This document shows, in pieces, positions 40,906 through 52,774 of a stretch of 64,000 bases of DNA. The translations under genes and the position numbers were made by a program. How positions within the stretch are numbered: the stretch's first letter is position 1; each line of letters begins with the position of its first letter. The DNA comes from an uncultured Acidobacteriota bacterium (lineage in GTDB: Bacteria > Acidobacteriota > Blastocatellia > RBC074), in NCBI GenBank assembly GCA_963796275.1, contig CAWCKY010000001.1, positions 1,248,001 through 1,312,000 of the forward strand, read 5' to 3'. The notes under the pieces are model-generated. The model saw only the letters and a program-made list of their open reading frames with translations. It was not told where the DNA came from and did no database searches.

Positions 40906-43900
40906 GTGATGTTAAGTCTGGTTGGGCGGACTCTCAACGCGGTAGGTGTTATAGCCGGCATTTCGTCGATGGTGGATGCAGAACCGGTACGCGAAGCCGC
41001 ACGACTTAATGATCCGGTTGAACACTCGGCCGCCCTGGCAGGAGCGTTAATAGGGGCGGCGATCGGAGCGGCTGTAGTAGTGGGGGCTGTATTGACCGGC
41101 GGGGCTCTTGCAGTAGCCATTGTCGGGGTATTAGGCGCCTGCGGCACGATTTCAACCGGCGGATTCCTGGGGCAAATGATCGGTTCGTCCCTTACAAGGA
41201 AGACGGGAATAATCAAAGCGCCCTGTGCCGACCGAGTCTACATAGAAGATAAGAAGGCCGCTCGATCAGCAGGAGAGGGAGGCGCCGGCGGGGATAAAGT
41301 CGATTGTGCCGGGCAGCCTCTCGGTATGTCTTCGCATCCTCATCGAGTGATTGCCGAAGGCAGTGCGACCGTATTTATCGAAGGACTGCCCGCCGCGCGG
41401 AAAGGTGACAGCATTGGTTGCATGGCCAAGATTGCCGAAGGGAGCTCTAGAGTTTTCATTTGGGGCGGGACCAAGCGATATGCTCCGGTAGATAGCGAGG
41501 TACCATGGTGGCTTGAATGGGGGCTGGCGGCCTTGGGTGTTGTCGGCATAGTCAGGTGGGCGGCTGTGAAACTGCTATCGAGGTATGCCCCACGCCTCTT
41601 GGGACGGATTCGCTCGCCTCAAGGTTGCAGGATAGGACGGGAGCGCGGCCAATGTGGGAGAGACCCGGTGGAGTTTGCTTCAGGCCGCGTCTTCACCTCC
41701 CATGCGGATTTTGAACTGCCGGGCCGGATCGCGATCGAATTCACCCGAAATTATGACAGTTCGGCAATCGATTACGAAGGACCGCTGGGGCGCGGCTGGA
41801 CGCATTCTTACGACATCCATCTCTGGGTAGACGATCAGCAGGAGATGGTCATCCTGCGAGATGAAGAGGCGGTGCTGTCCGGATTCGACCTGGTCGCCGT
41901 GGGAGAGAGGGCTTTCAATCCACTGAATCAGAGATGGTTGGAACGGTCGGACGATAAGGTGTACGTAGTCTGCGGTCAGGACAGACTGCGATACAAATTC
42001 GAATCTGTCGAAGCGCAGAATGCGGCGACGAAGAGCGAGGATGAACCGGATGGCAGGTCGGAGGCTGCGGCGCTGAAACTGACCGAGATCGAGGATATCA
42101 ACGGCAACCGGATCGAACTCTCCTATGAACGAGGGCGTCTCATCTCACTCGAAGATAGCGCCGGAACCCGGCTGAACTTTTCCTACATCACTTTGGAGAA
42201 AGGGGCGGAGCGGCTGGCCGCAGTCAGTCTGGCGCTGGATCCGGATGCGGACCGGACGGCGAGGCTGGTCAATTTCACTTACGACGCGGAAGGCTGCCTC
42301 ATCAATGCCACCGATCGGGGGTTGGTTCCGCGCCGTTATGCCTACGATGAATATCTGCTGAGCCGGCATACCAATCGCAACGGGTTGAGCTTTTATTATG
42401 CTTATGAAGGTGAAGGCAAAGAGGCGCGGTGCGTGCATACCTGGGGTGACCGGGGCATCTTCGAAGGATGGTTCGAATACGACCCTGGAAGAGATGATGA
42501 CGGTGGTCGAAGATTCGCTCGGAAGAAAACGACCTACTACTTCAATGAATTGGATATGCCGGTCAGGATCGTCGATCCATTGGGCGGGGAGAAGTCTTAC
42601 ACCTACGGTCCGAACGGAGAGTTGCTCTCGGAGACTGATGAGATAGGGCGCCTGACTAAATACGAATACAACGATAAACTCGATTGCGTCTGTATCATCT
42701 ACCCAGACGGTACGAGGCGCAGATTTGATTACAGCGAGGACTCGTTACCGCAGAAGCTCATCGACGAGAGCGGAGCGGAGTTCAGGCGTGTCTACGATCA
42801 ACGCGGCAACTTGAGCGCCACGATCGACGCCCTCGGAAATCGCTACCGAGTACAGTTACAACCGGTTCGGCGACCTGGAGAAGGCCGTCGATCCGCTCGG
42901 CGGAGAGACGAAGTTCAAATGGAACGAGCGGGGACAGATACTCGAATTGACTACACCTCTCGGAGCCACGACCAGGTACGGTTACGACGAACGGGGCAGG
43001 TTGATCAGAGTCAGCGATCCGCTCGGGAACGCGACGCGCTATGCTTATGACGCGCTGGATAGGCTGACGCAGGTGGAGCGCCCGGACGGCACGAGGCATC
43101 ACTTCGAATACGATCCGGAAGGCAATCTGACAAATTTCCTGGATGCAAACGGAGCGGAGACGCGCTTTCGCTATGTGGATAACAACAAACTAGGCGAGCG
43201 GATCGACGCGCTGGGGTACAGGCGACGGTTCGTCTACGACACCGAAGCCAATCTGGTCGAGGTTCGCAACGAGCGAGATGAAGCCTACGGGTTTGGCTAC
43301 GACGGGTTGGATCGGGTCACGCGCGAGGTCGGATTTGACGGCCTGACCTGGGATTATGATTACGACCGGGCGGGCCAGTTGATGGCGCGCACCGATCCGG
43401 CAGGACGCATCACGCGCTTCATCCGTGATCTAAATGGACAGGTGCTTGAAAAACAGCGGCCCGACGGATCAGTGATCAATTTCAACTATGACATTGTTGG
43501 CCGGTTGACCGAAGCCGATGCGCCGGGTAGCGAACTGGTCTTTAAGTATAACGCTCTCGGGCAAGTCATCCAGGAATCGCAGAACGGGCAGGTCATCGAG
43601 CACGAATACGACGCGCTCGGACGCCGGATCAAGCGCCGTTCGCCGGCAGGCGGGACGGTCGAATTCACCTACGACGCCGACAGCCAACATATCCGTCTGG
43701 AAACGCCTCGCGGTTCGATGAAGTTCCAGTATGACAAAGCCGGGACAATTAACCAAGCGGCGATTGCCAGGAGAACTAGAAGAGAGTTTCCATTACGACC
43801 AATGTGGGCGGCTGATCGAGCAGTCTATGTATAAGCCGAGCCATACCCTGGTTCATCGCGGGTACAAATACGATGCCGAGGGCAACCTGATCGAGCTGAG

Positions 43901-45121
43901 TGATAGCAATAAGGGGAGTGAGCCGTTTTGCTTATGATCCGGTCGAGCGATTGCGCGAAGTTTCGCGGCCCGAAAAGAAGGTCGAGCAGTTCATCTATGA
44001 TTCGACCGGGAACATGTTGCGGAGAGGAGAGAGAACGTTTCGCTATGGCCAGCCCGATCGATTGACAAGAACAGATGACGCAATACTGAGCTATGACGGG
44101 GCGGTAACCTGATCGAGAAGCGGCGAGGTCGATCGGTGATTCATTATAGCTACGATCCTGATAACCAGTTGATTGCAGTTGAATCGAAAGAGGGCGGGCG
44201 AGTTGAGTGTAGCTTATGATGCATTTGGGCGGCGAATTGCGAAGAGGACGAAAGATGGTGAACCGGGATACCTGTGGGACGATGATGTCTTGCTGGCGGA
44301 GCAGCGAGACAATAAAGTCGAGTGAATATATCTTTGAGCTTGATAGTTTTATGAGCCGTTGTAGCCGGTTTGATGAGAATGGTATTGAGACTTATCACAA
44401 TGATCATTTGGGAACGCCGCGCGAATTGACGGATGAAAATGGGCAAGTAGTGTGGTCTTCTGAGTATGATGTGTATGGTATCTCAAATCAGTTACACCGA
44501 GTGAAATCGGAAAATCAGATTCGCTTTCAAGGACAATATGAAGATTATGAAACCGGATTGCACTACAATTTTTACCGGTACTACGATCCAACGAATGGCA
44601 AGTATATAAGCCAAGACCCCATTGGGTTGTGCGGGGGTGGGAATCAGTATAGTTATACTCCCAACCCTATTAACTGGGTTGACCCCTTAGGTTTAGAAGC
44701 ATGCCCACAATTGTATGCCCGATATAAAATACTGAGGGCCAAAGGTTTCACACCAGCAGAAGCGGCGTTTGTTGCAAGAAATGGGAGATATACGGCAGCA
44801 TCCAGGGCACATCTAAAGGGTCAACAGCATCATGCACGTTCACAGCCGAAACAAGGTAAAGGGCGGTTTTTACCTAGAGAGGGTGGACAGAAGTTTACGG
44901 ATGAAATCATTTATCATCCAAACACGAAGTGGACACGTCAGCCGAAAGACAATAGATTTAGATTTGATAACTCTGATCTGGGTCGCAATGTGGGATATGA
45001 TACGGATAACAATACTCTTGTGAGAGGAGGAAGAGTAGTCTTGGAACGTGAGGTTCCCTGGAGTGGTTCTCCTTATGGTCCTGGGAATGCTGTGACTCAA
45101 TTCCCCCAAAAGTGGCCGTAG
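40906..45121 (+). CDS. prePAAR-TMD-PAAR-TMD-DUF6531-Rhs/YD toxin with C-terminal toxin domain; multiple frameshifts
   Basis: AARLNDPVEH, LPAARKGD, DPVEFASG, YD repeats, DHLGTPRE, RFQGQY, RYYDP, NPINWVDPLGL. Split over ORFs starting 40906, 42947, 43731, 43900 and 44216. Confidence 0.88.
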
Positions 45122-45188
45122 ATGAACTGGACGCTACCGGGTTGCATATCGGCTGTTGTGACTCAATTCCCACAAAGCTGAGGAAAGT

Positions 45189-45632
45189 ATGCGCGATATC
45201 ATAGAGAGACTAAAACACGAAGCTATCGAACACAATTACCAGATTGGTTTTGATCGAGCGGACGATAGAAAGGATCAAATAATAGAGTTTCTTAAAAAGC
45301 GTCGCCTGGCTGTTAAAGTTTACGCTCCTGGCAATGACTTATTTGCCCATTCATTTTCAATTGATAAGCCACATGAGGAGTTTGTGATATACGTGAGATT
45401 TGATCGGAATTTTTTTACAGCGACTGCTTACAAGAAAGTTGGTCAGGGTAGTAGGGGTGTTGATGATGAAGATTTGATCAACAAACACCTGGATTCTATA
45501 TTTTCATATTTAGAAACTCTCGGCCTTGACAGGGTTATTGCTAAAAAACTGATAGAGGTTGAGTTAGGGGAAGGTCCCCTAGCCGCCGGGCTTACGGCAA
45601 ACTCACTCTTCTCGGTATTCATAGAAGACTGA
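45189..45632 (+). CDS. Putative Rhs immunity protein
   Basis: Small low-GC ORF immediately downstream of the Rhs C-terminus, with RBS. Confidence 0.65.
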   Translation: MRDIIERLKHEAIEHNYQIGFDRADDRKDQIIEFLKKRRLAVKVYAPGNDLFAHSFSIDKPHEEFVIYVRFDRNFFTATAYKKVGQGSRGVDDEDLINKHLDSIFSYLETLGLDRVIAKKLIEVELGEGPLAAGLTANSLFSVFIED

Positions 45633-45933
45633 CGCTTAGCCTAGGTGATTGCAGGTTTTTACAGCAATCGTGGTTTTGCGCTTACTACTCAGACCAGAGA
45701 TACAAAGCAGCCACATTAAACATGGGGTCTTGTAAGGGAACATCGATTGAACGCCTCTTGTTGGTGATCGCCCTGACATTCGCCGCTTAGACCGTCGCGC
45801 CGGCCTATCGTAACAGGCAGAAAGTTGAGAAGGCGGTCGGCAGCAAACCCGCGGGCGGATCAGTGCAAGCAGATCAAAAAGATCAAATTTCCTGATCTAC
45901 TGCTATGCGTGAGCCAGGAGGTTTTCCAGGAAT

Positions 45934-46010
45934 ATCCTCCACGAAGGAACACGAAGAGGCACCAAGATTCTTCTTCTGCTTCGCGATCCTTCTGTGGCTT
46001 CGTGGAGGAT
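45934..46010. repeat. Intergenic inverted repeat (REP-like)
   Basis: ATCCTCCACGAAG ... CTTCGTGGAGGAT with internal CACGAAG iterations. Confidence 0.6.
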
Positions 46011-46032
46011 TGTTCGAGTAATTGTTATCTGG

Positions 46033-46733
46033 CTATGGATGGCCTTCTGTCTTCCAGATTAGCCCAGGCCCCGGACTGAATGAGGCAGCCCAGTAGAACG
46101 GATGCTGCCTCTTCTTGCTCCTCAGCATTCTCAACTGGAACTGCCGCAGCCCTCGCTTCACCCCGCTCCTCACCGCAGCGCCCGGTAATACCGGATCATA
46201 CCTCTTTCGCCCGGTGTCCGAGACCGGCCAGAGGGTCGCTCGCCAGTGTTGCCCTATCCTCCGAGCAGGCGAAGCAATTTTATTCATTTTCGGGGGTAGA
46301 ATTCACCACAATATTTCATTTAGATTTTTGGCTTGATGCAATGATACCCGTTTCGTTTAGATTTTTACCTGATGCAACACGTACCGTCCTGCACGTATAC
46401 CGCCTTGATGAACTGATCCGCGCTCAGCCTGATCTGATAGATATGCTCTTGCCCGTCCGCCATTTCGCGTTTGACCCGGCTCGCCTGACTCAAGCCCGCG
46501 GACTTCCTGTTCGTGATCGCTCCCACTCGGACGTGGAGTTGCCTCAACAGGTCGATTGCCGGATCGGGCCGCGGGAGCGCCCGAAGACCGGAGGCAGAAG
46601 GATAACAGCCAGCAGGCTCAAGATTATGAACAATCCAGGGGAAAATTTGATACATCCCCATAAAAGGCAGGCCGGTTCCGTCGGACAGGAACAGAGGGAC
46701 GCTCGCCGTGATGAGCCATGGTTTCATCTCCAA
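46033..46733 (-). pseudogene. Internally deleted TPR-CHAT gene (N-terminal domain piece + C-terminal tail)
   Basis: VKREMADGQEHIYQIRLSADQFIKAV matches the N-terminus, and GLRQFQLRMLRSKKRQHPFYWAA matches the C-terminus, of the 49635-52761 protein. Confidence 0.7.
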
Positions 46734-46987
46734 TGCTAGCTGTTTATGTTGGGGGGGGACCTGGGCAGGACGCGATTTTAACTCAACATTTTACCAGGAT
46801 TCTATGTCGAGTTCGGACCGCCTTGACAGTCATTGAATTATAATTTTTGTTTGTTTCGATCATAAATGGCGACAGTCGCCACCGCGGGTTAATATAACTG
46901 GCCCCCACAATGTTCAGAGATATGGGCATTCTGGTTGCCGCGTAACGGCGGTTTGGATTCGGCTGTAATCAACTTCCTCAAGTAGCC

Positions 46988-48010
46988 ATGATTGATCTAC
47001 TGCTCGAGCCGCTTTTGCTGACGGCCAGTGACGAAGAGATTGATGAAATCATCTCAGAACTTATAAGCATGCACGCCGCGCCGGTGATCAAAAGGGTCAT
47101 CGTCTATAAACTCCATCTCAATCCCTATCACGGGACAGGACAGGCCGACGTCGACGACATTCGACAAGAGGTCATTCTGCAATTGTTGATGAGACTGCGA
47201 CAGTTTCGCCAGCAGTCAGATGTTTATCCGATCAGCGATGTGCGCGGGTTGACAGCAGCCATTACCCGCAGCGCCTGTGCCCGTTGGATGCAGAGGCGAT
47301 TTCCCGAGAGGCATGCGTTTAAGAATCGACTCTATTACCTGCTGACTCACCAGCCCGGTCTTGCGCTCTGGCTGTCTGGAAATAGAAAACAGATGGCCGG
47401 TTTTAAGATATGGCAGGGGCGAAAGGATCTTGCGACCGTAGAGCAATTCGACCGGCTGTCTACGGAAGATGCATTGCTGGATAGAATCCGATCACTCAAG
47501 TCTGGGAAGGAAGCGGATTGGGGTGGCGTCCTGGCCGCGGTTTTCGATTGCATCGGAGGTCCGGTCGAGTTCGATAAACTGACCGGGTTTCTTGCAGGGC
47601 TGTTGCGAATCGAAGATCGACCGGTCATCCCGCTTGATCCGAAAGACGAGAGCGGACAACCGGGTTCGCCCGCCGAGCAGCCTGACCTGGCCTGGCAGAC
47701 GGAGAAAAGGATCTTTTTGAAAAGGGCGTGGGAAGAGATATGCGAGCTTCCAGCCAAGCAGCGCGTGGCGCTGTTGCTCAACCTGCGGCGCGAAGACCAC
47801 GGGCTCTTTCTGGCCAGGGGGATAGCTACTCTTAGCCAAATGGCGGAGGCGTTGGAGATGAGCCCGGAAAAATTGCCCGAGATGTGGAACGAACTGCCGC
47901 TCGAAGATACCAGGATCGCCGGATTGTTACAGTTGACGCGGCAACAGGTGATCAATGCGCGAAAATCGGGGAGAAAGCGATTGACCCGGCGGTTGAGAGG
48001 TTTTATTTGA
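46988..48010 (+). CDS. ECF-like sigma70 factor with a large insertion between regions 2 and 4
   Basis: DVDDIRQEVILQLL (sigma2); ELPAKQRVALLL and IAGLLQLTRQQVINARKSGRKRL (sigma4-like). Confidence 0.75.
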   Translation: MIDLLLEPLLLTASDEEIDEIISELISMHAAPVIKRVIVYKLHLNPYHGTGQADVDDIRQEVILQLLMRLRQFRQQSDVYPISDVRGLTAAITRSACARWMQRRFPERHAFKNRLYYLLTHQPGLALWLSGNRKQMAGFKIWQGRKDLATVEQFDRLSTEDALLDRIRSLKSGKEADWGGVLAAVFDCIGGPVEFDKLTGFLAGLLRIEDRPVIPLDPKDESGQPGSPAEQPDLAWQTEKRIFLKRAWEEICELPAKQRVALLLNLRREDHGLFLARGIATLSQMAEALEMSPEKLPEMWNELPLEDTRIAGLLQLTRQQVINARKSGRKRLTRRLRGFI

Positions 48011-48185
48011 AGACGATGGTAATAATCGATGCGTTTCAGTAACGTACATCAATGTAAGAGCCAATGGTGAAGAGAGGTAATGTCCCTCCAGAATTTCCGT
48101 TGCTTGGCATTCGTTGCCTGTCACTTTCCAGGGCATAGGAATAAGGCAAAACCCCGGACTCCCCGGGCTATGAGGTAGAAGCGAC

Positions 48186-49478
48186 TTGTCAGATCATCTT
48201 ACGAACACGCAGATCGAAGACTACGGCCGTTGCATGCTCTCGGCCGGCGAGGCCCTGTCTGTATCTGTCCACCTGGCCGGTTGCGAGATGTGCCGGCAGC
48301 GGCTCGAAAGTAATACGAATGACGATGAGGAATATCTGGCATTGAGAGTCGAGCTATTGGGTGAGGCCGAAGCGCTCACTACGCCCATCGGGCACTTGAC
48401 AGTTGAAGAACTGACCGGATTTGTTGATGGAACCCTGCTCGGAGAGGAATTGCAAGTAGTCGGAGACCATCTGACCTGCTGCGAAGAGTGCAACCTGGCG
48501 GTCAAGGATCTGCTGGCGTTTAAAGATCAGGTGACCCCGGGGTTCGACCGCAGCCATCATCCATCCGGGTTTCGAGCTCAGGATGAAAGCGGATGGAGAC
48601 GTCTATTCGCGCCAGGGCCTCGTTTCTGGCCGAAATCTCTCGTCTTCGGGACAGCACTGGCGGCTTGTTTTCTGGCGGTGATGGGCTGGTTGGTGTGGCG
48701 AGAATGGCGGGGAGGCAATGACAATCCGGAAATCGTGAAGGCCCCTTCCTCAGCTGGAGTTTCCACGCCGGATTCGCCGAAACCGGTGCCGGAAAGCGAA
48801 TCGTCGCTAATAGTGAGGCTCAATGACGGCGCGGGTGAGGTGACGTTGGACCGAGAAGGTAAGCTTTCTGGTCTCGATCATCTCTCCCCCGCGGGCTGGC
48901 AACTGGCCGAAAGAGCGCTCACCAGTCAGACGATTGAAAGATCGCCGCTGCTATCGGAATTGACTCGCCCGGAGGGCACATCGAGGGGCAGAGGCGGCCG
49001 GAGCGAGATGTTTTCGGTGATCGAGCCGGTCGGTGAGGTGACGATCAGCGACCGGCCGACATTCCGCTGGTCGTCGTTGGAGGGAGCGACGAGCTATACG
49101 GTTGAGATCTACGACGAGAAACTCCGACGGGTGGAAGTCAGTCAACCAGTCGCCGGTCATTCCTGGATGGTGACGCAACCGCTCAAACGTGGCCGAATCT
49201 ATGCCTGGCTGGTGAAGACCTCCAAGAACGGGCGAATAGAGGTTTCTCCGCCGGCGCAAGAGGCGAGATTCCGAATTCTGGATCAAGCCAGGGCTGACGA
49301 ATTGTCGGCTGCGCGGCGCGATTACGGATCGTCTCACCTGGCACTGGGGCTGCTCTATGCTCAAGCTGGCGTGCTCGATGAAGCGGAGCGGGAATTCAGC
49401 GCCTTGCAGCGAGCCAATCCTAAATCGGAGATCGTCAATCGATTGCTGATGCGGATTCGAAAGATGCGCGGACGATGA
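48186..49478 (+). CDS. Membrane anti-sigma factor with two zf-HC2 motifs and an extracytoplasmic domain
   Basis: HLAGCEMC and HLTCCEEC; TM FGTALAACFLAVMGWLVW; PTFRW..YTVEI..YAW.V Ig-like domain; terminal TPR-like helix. Confidence 0.8.
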   Translation: MSDHLTNTQIEDYGRCMLSAGEALSVSVHLAGCEMCRQRLESNTNDDEEYLALRVELLGEAEALTTPIGHLTVEELTGFVDGTLLGEELQVVGDHLTCCEECNLAVKDLLAFKDQVTPGFDRSHHPSGFRAQDESGWRRLFAPGPRFWPKSLVFGTALAACFLAVMGWLVWREWRGGNDNPEIVKAPSSAGVSTPDSPKPVPESESSLIVRLNDGAGEVTLDREGKLSGLDHLSPAGWQLAERALTSQTIERSPLLSELTRPEGTSRGRGGRSEMFSVIEPVGEVTISDRPTFRWSSLEGATSYTVEIYDEKLRRVEVSQPVAGHSWMVTQPLKRGRIYAWLVKTSKNGRIEVSPPAQEARFRILDQARADELSAARRDYGSSHLALGLLYAQAGVLDEAEREFSALQRANPKSEIVNRLLMRIRKMRGR

Positions 49479-49634
49479 CTCGGAGGCGAGTTCATTCATC
49501 TTTAGTTAACACCGACCGGCGGCTTCAGGATCGCGGGCCTATTGAGATGGGAGATAGATGTCCGATCACTCGGAGGAAGCCGGACAGTTTTTTCGGTCTC
49601 GTTCTTCCGGGCTATCTCCCGCCTTCAGGTTCGC

Positions 49635-52600
49635 CTATTCTCCGGACTGAATAAATGCGGCCCAATAGAACGGATGCCACCACCGCGTGCTCCGCAGCAT
49701 TCTCAACTGCACCTGTCTCAGTCCCTCGCTTCTCTCCTCTCCTTGCCGCAGCGCACGGTAATACTGAATCATCAGCTCCTTCGCGCCTTTGTCCTCCACC
49801 GGCCAGAGACTCATGACCTGGCTCTCCGATCCGGCCAGCACCAGCGCCCGCCGCAGTCCCTGCACTCCCTCGCCGTTCCTGATCTCTCCCACTCCTGTCT
49901 CGCACGCCGAGAGCACCACCAGCTTCGTCCCCCACAGGTCGAGTCCCGCCACCTCCAATGCAGTCAACACTCCGTCATCGTCTCCGCTCTTCCCCAGATT
50001 AGCTCCCGAGAGCGCCAGTCCGGAACGCAGCAATGGGTCTTTGATGTGCGCCGCCCATTTACCCAGCCGCAGGTCCGACAGGCGCAGGGAGTCTCCGAAT
50101 ATGCCCGGTGTTTCCGCGGGAGCCGTCCCCTCATCGCTCAGGAAGAAGCCGTGGGTGGCGATGTGGAGGATGCGGGGCGAGTGGGCCTGTTTGAGCGCTG
50201 CCTCGGTCGCCCGGCTTCGCAAGAGCATCGATGCTTCCGGGAGGACGGCTTTGATCCCCAGCGCCTCGCCTTGCGTGCTGGGCAGCGGCCGGAACGGGAT
50301 CGCTATCGAATCGGCCTCTCCACTCTGAGCCGCTCCCGTGGTGGCATTCGCCGGCCGGCCGAAGTCTGGATTGGCCACTATCAGCGGCTGATTCTGTTGC
50401 GGCTCCGATGTATGCAAGCGCAGCAGGTCGCGTCCGCTCGTCAAGTAGCTGATGGTGTAGCGCTCAACCAGATACCGTTCCTCTTCATCGACCAGGGCGG
50501 CAAAGGGGATGAGGTTGAGTGAGCCGTCGGGAGCGATCAGCAGACGGCGTGTTTCGCCCGGGCCCGACTGCAGTAGTGCCCGCACGGGCCGCATCAATTT
50601 CTCATCCAGTTCGCGACCGAGTTGTTTGACGTCGGGCCTGCCACGCAGCGCCTCGCGCCATTCATCTATGGCTTGATCAATGGGCGCAGCGCCGCCGAGG
50701 TCCACCCACTTCGGACGCCCCTGGGCCTGGAGCACGTAGGCTAAATATCGCGGCAGCTTGCTCTTGCCGGTCTGCAGATCTCTCGGTGTGAAGACGGTGA
50801 ACTCGATCAGCGCGCTGCCCGCTGGGAGAGCCGCCTGAACCGAGGAAAGCGTGACAGGTTGAGAGTTCGTGCGGAACCCGGTGCTGCGGGAACTGAGTTC
50901 GGCTTCCAGGCTCTCGATCTTCTCTTCGAGCGGCTTGAGTCGTCGCTGGTAGGTATCGGGTGTGGCGGTAGACTCTCTGAAAGTGAGCGCGGCCAGTTGC
51001 GAACGGGTCTCGGCGAGTTGACCGAGCAGCTTCTGATCTTCCGATGTGAGGCGGCGGCGCAAGGCAGCGATGGTGTCGGTCATGGTGTCGAGCGCGCGCC
51101 CTTTGCGACGGAGCAGAGTGGTGAAGGCCAGATCGAGCGCCAGCGCATCGCCCGGGGCAGCCTGGCTGTGAAGAGTGAGAGCGAAGTCTGTCTGAGCTGT
51201 GAAGAGAGCGAGGTAGGCCAGTTTCTGCCGTTCGGAGCCGTTGGCGAGGTTGAGCGCGATATTATGTTCGCCGACGTCGTTGGCGCGTGATTGGAAGACG
51301 ATGGCCTGAGCCGGATCGTCCTTTGTTGCATAAAGCCTGGCTAGGCCGGTGAGTGTCTTGCCGACATCGGGATGTTGCAGCCCCAATGCCCTCTCCCGAA
51401 TAGCCAGTGCCCGCCGGTAGAGCGATTGGGCCTCCAGATAGCCCCCTCGGTCGCGGTAGAGATCGGCGAGATTGTTGAGAGAAAGAGCGAGATCAGGGTG
51501 ATCCGGCCCCAGCACCTTCTCCCGGATCGCCACCGCTCGCTGATGGAGCGGTTTGGCCTTTACATAATCGCCCTGGTCATAATAGAGCAATGCGAGGTTG
51601 CCGAGAGAATTGGCGACACTGGGATGATCCGGCCCCAGCGCTTTCTCCAGGATCGCCAGCTCTCGCTGGTAGAGCGGCTCGGCTCTCAGATAGTCTCCCC
51701 GGCCGGAATAGAGCCCTGCGAGATTGCCGAGAAGCAAGCCGACACTGAAATGATTCGGTCCCATCGCCTTCTCCAGGATCGCCAGCGCTCGCTGGAAGAG
51801 CGGCTCGTTTTTCGCGTAATCACCCAGGTAAGCATTAAACTCTGCGAGATTGTTGAGAGAAGCGGCGATATCTGTGTGATCCGGCCTCAGCGCTTTCTCC
51901 CGGATCGCCAGGGCACGTTGAAACATCGGCCCGGCATTTGCATACTTGCCCTGTAGTGTATACACCACTGCGAGATTGCTGAGAGAGAGCGCGACACTGA
52001 GGTGATCCGGCCCCAGCGCCTTCTCCCAGATCGCCAGCGCTCGCTGGTAGAGCGGCTCGGCCTTCGCATACTCGCCTTTGAAATAGTAGAGGCGGGCGAG
52101 ATCGTTGAGTGCCTCGGCGACATCGCGGTCTTCCGCCCCCAGGGATCCTTTCACGTATCTCCCGCACGCGTTCGGCCAAGGGGAGCGCCTGATCGTACTT
52201 CCCGGCGCGTTTCGGTTTATCAAACTCATTCTTCAGCTTGCGCGCCTCCTGCAGGGCTCGGTCACGGTCCGTCGCCGCCCGCAACTCCTCGACTCGAATC
52301 TCATAGCCTCCCGCAGCCGCTCCTTTATGCACAGACCGCACAGTCAGCCTGTATTCACCTGTCGATTCGGCCACCAGCGGCACTTCTTCCCGTCCCAGAC
52401 GTCTGATCTCGGGGTCGAACTCTAAAACCCGGTTGCCGTCCGGTCCCGAGACCTCGACCGCCAGATCGATCCCCTTCTGCTTGACGACCGCCTTCAGGAA
52501 CTGACCGGCGCCGAGCTTGGTCCGATAAGTATGCTGCTGCCCGCCTGCCAATTCCCGTTTGACCGGATTGCCCGGTTCGAGCAGACGTACATCCTTTTCA

Positions 52601-52761
52601 TCGCCGCTGCCGCTCTGGCGTTGGGGTGTGTCTTGAGCCGATAGCCTCAGTGGAGCGGCTATCAGGCTGATGTTCAGGAAGACACACAGGATTACAGATA
52701 GGTTCCGTGAAACGGCTCGCCGCCATCGTTCAGCTGAATGTCGTTCATAGTGATGTGTCAT
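49635..52761 (-). CDS. Exported TPR-CHAT (caspase-like) protease, frameshift near 52140
   Basis: Signal-like N-terminus; kinesin-light-chain-type TPRs (LGPDHP.VA.SL.NLA); catalytic LHIATHG and VLSACETG; HPFYWAAF. Confidence 0.88.
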
Positions 52762-52774
52762 GGCTTCTTATCTC

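Noticed and set aside
49542-50522. Long plus-strand ORFs opposite CHAT, and similar antisense ORFs across the window
   Set aside because: They are shadow frames of GC-rich genes with no motifs or RBS.
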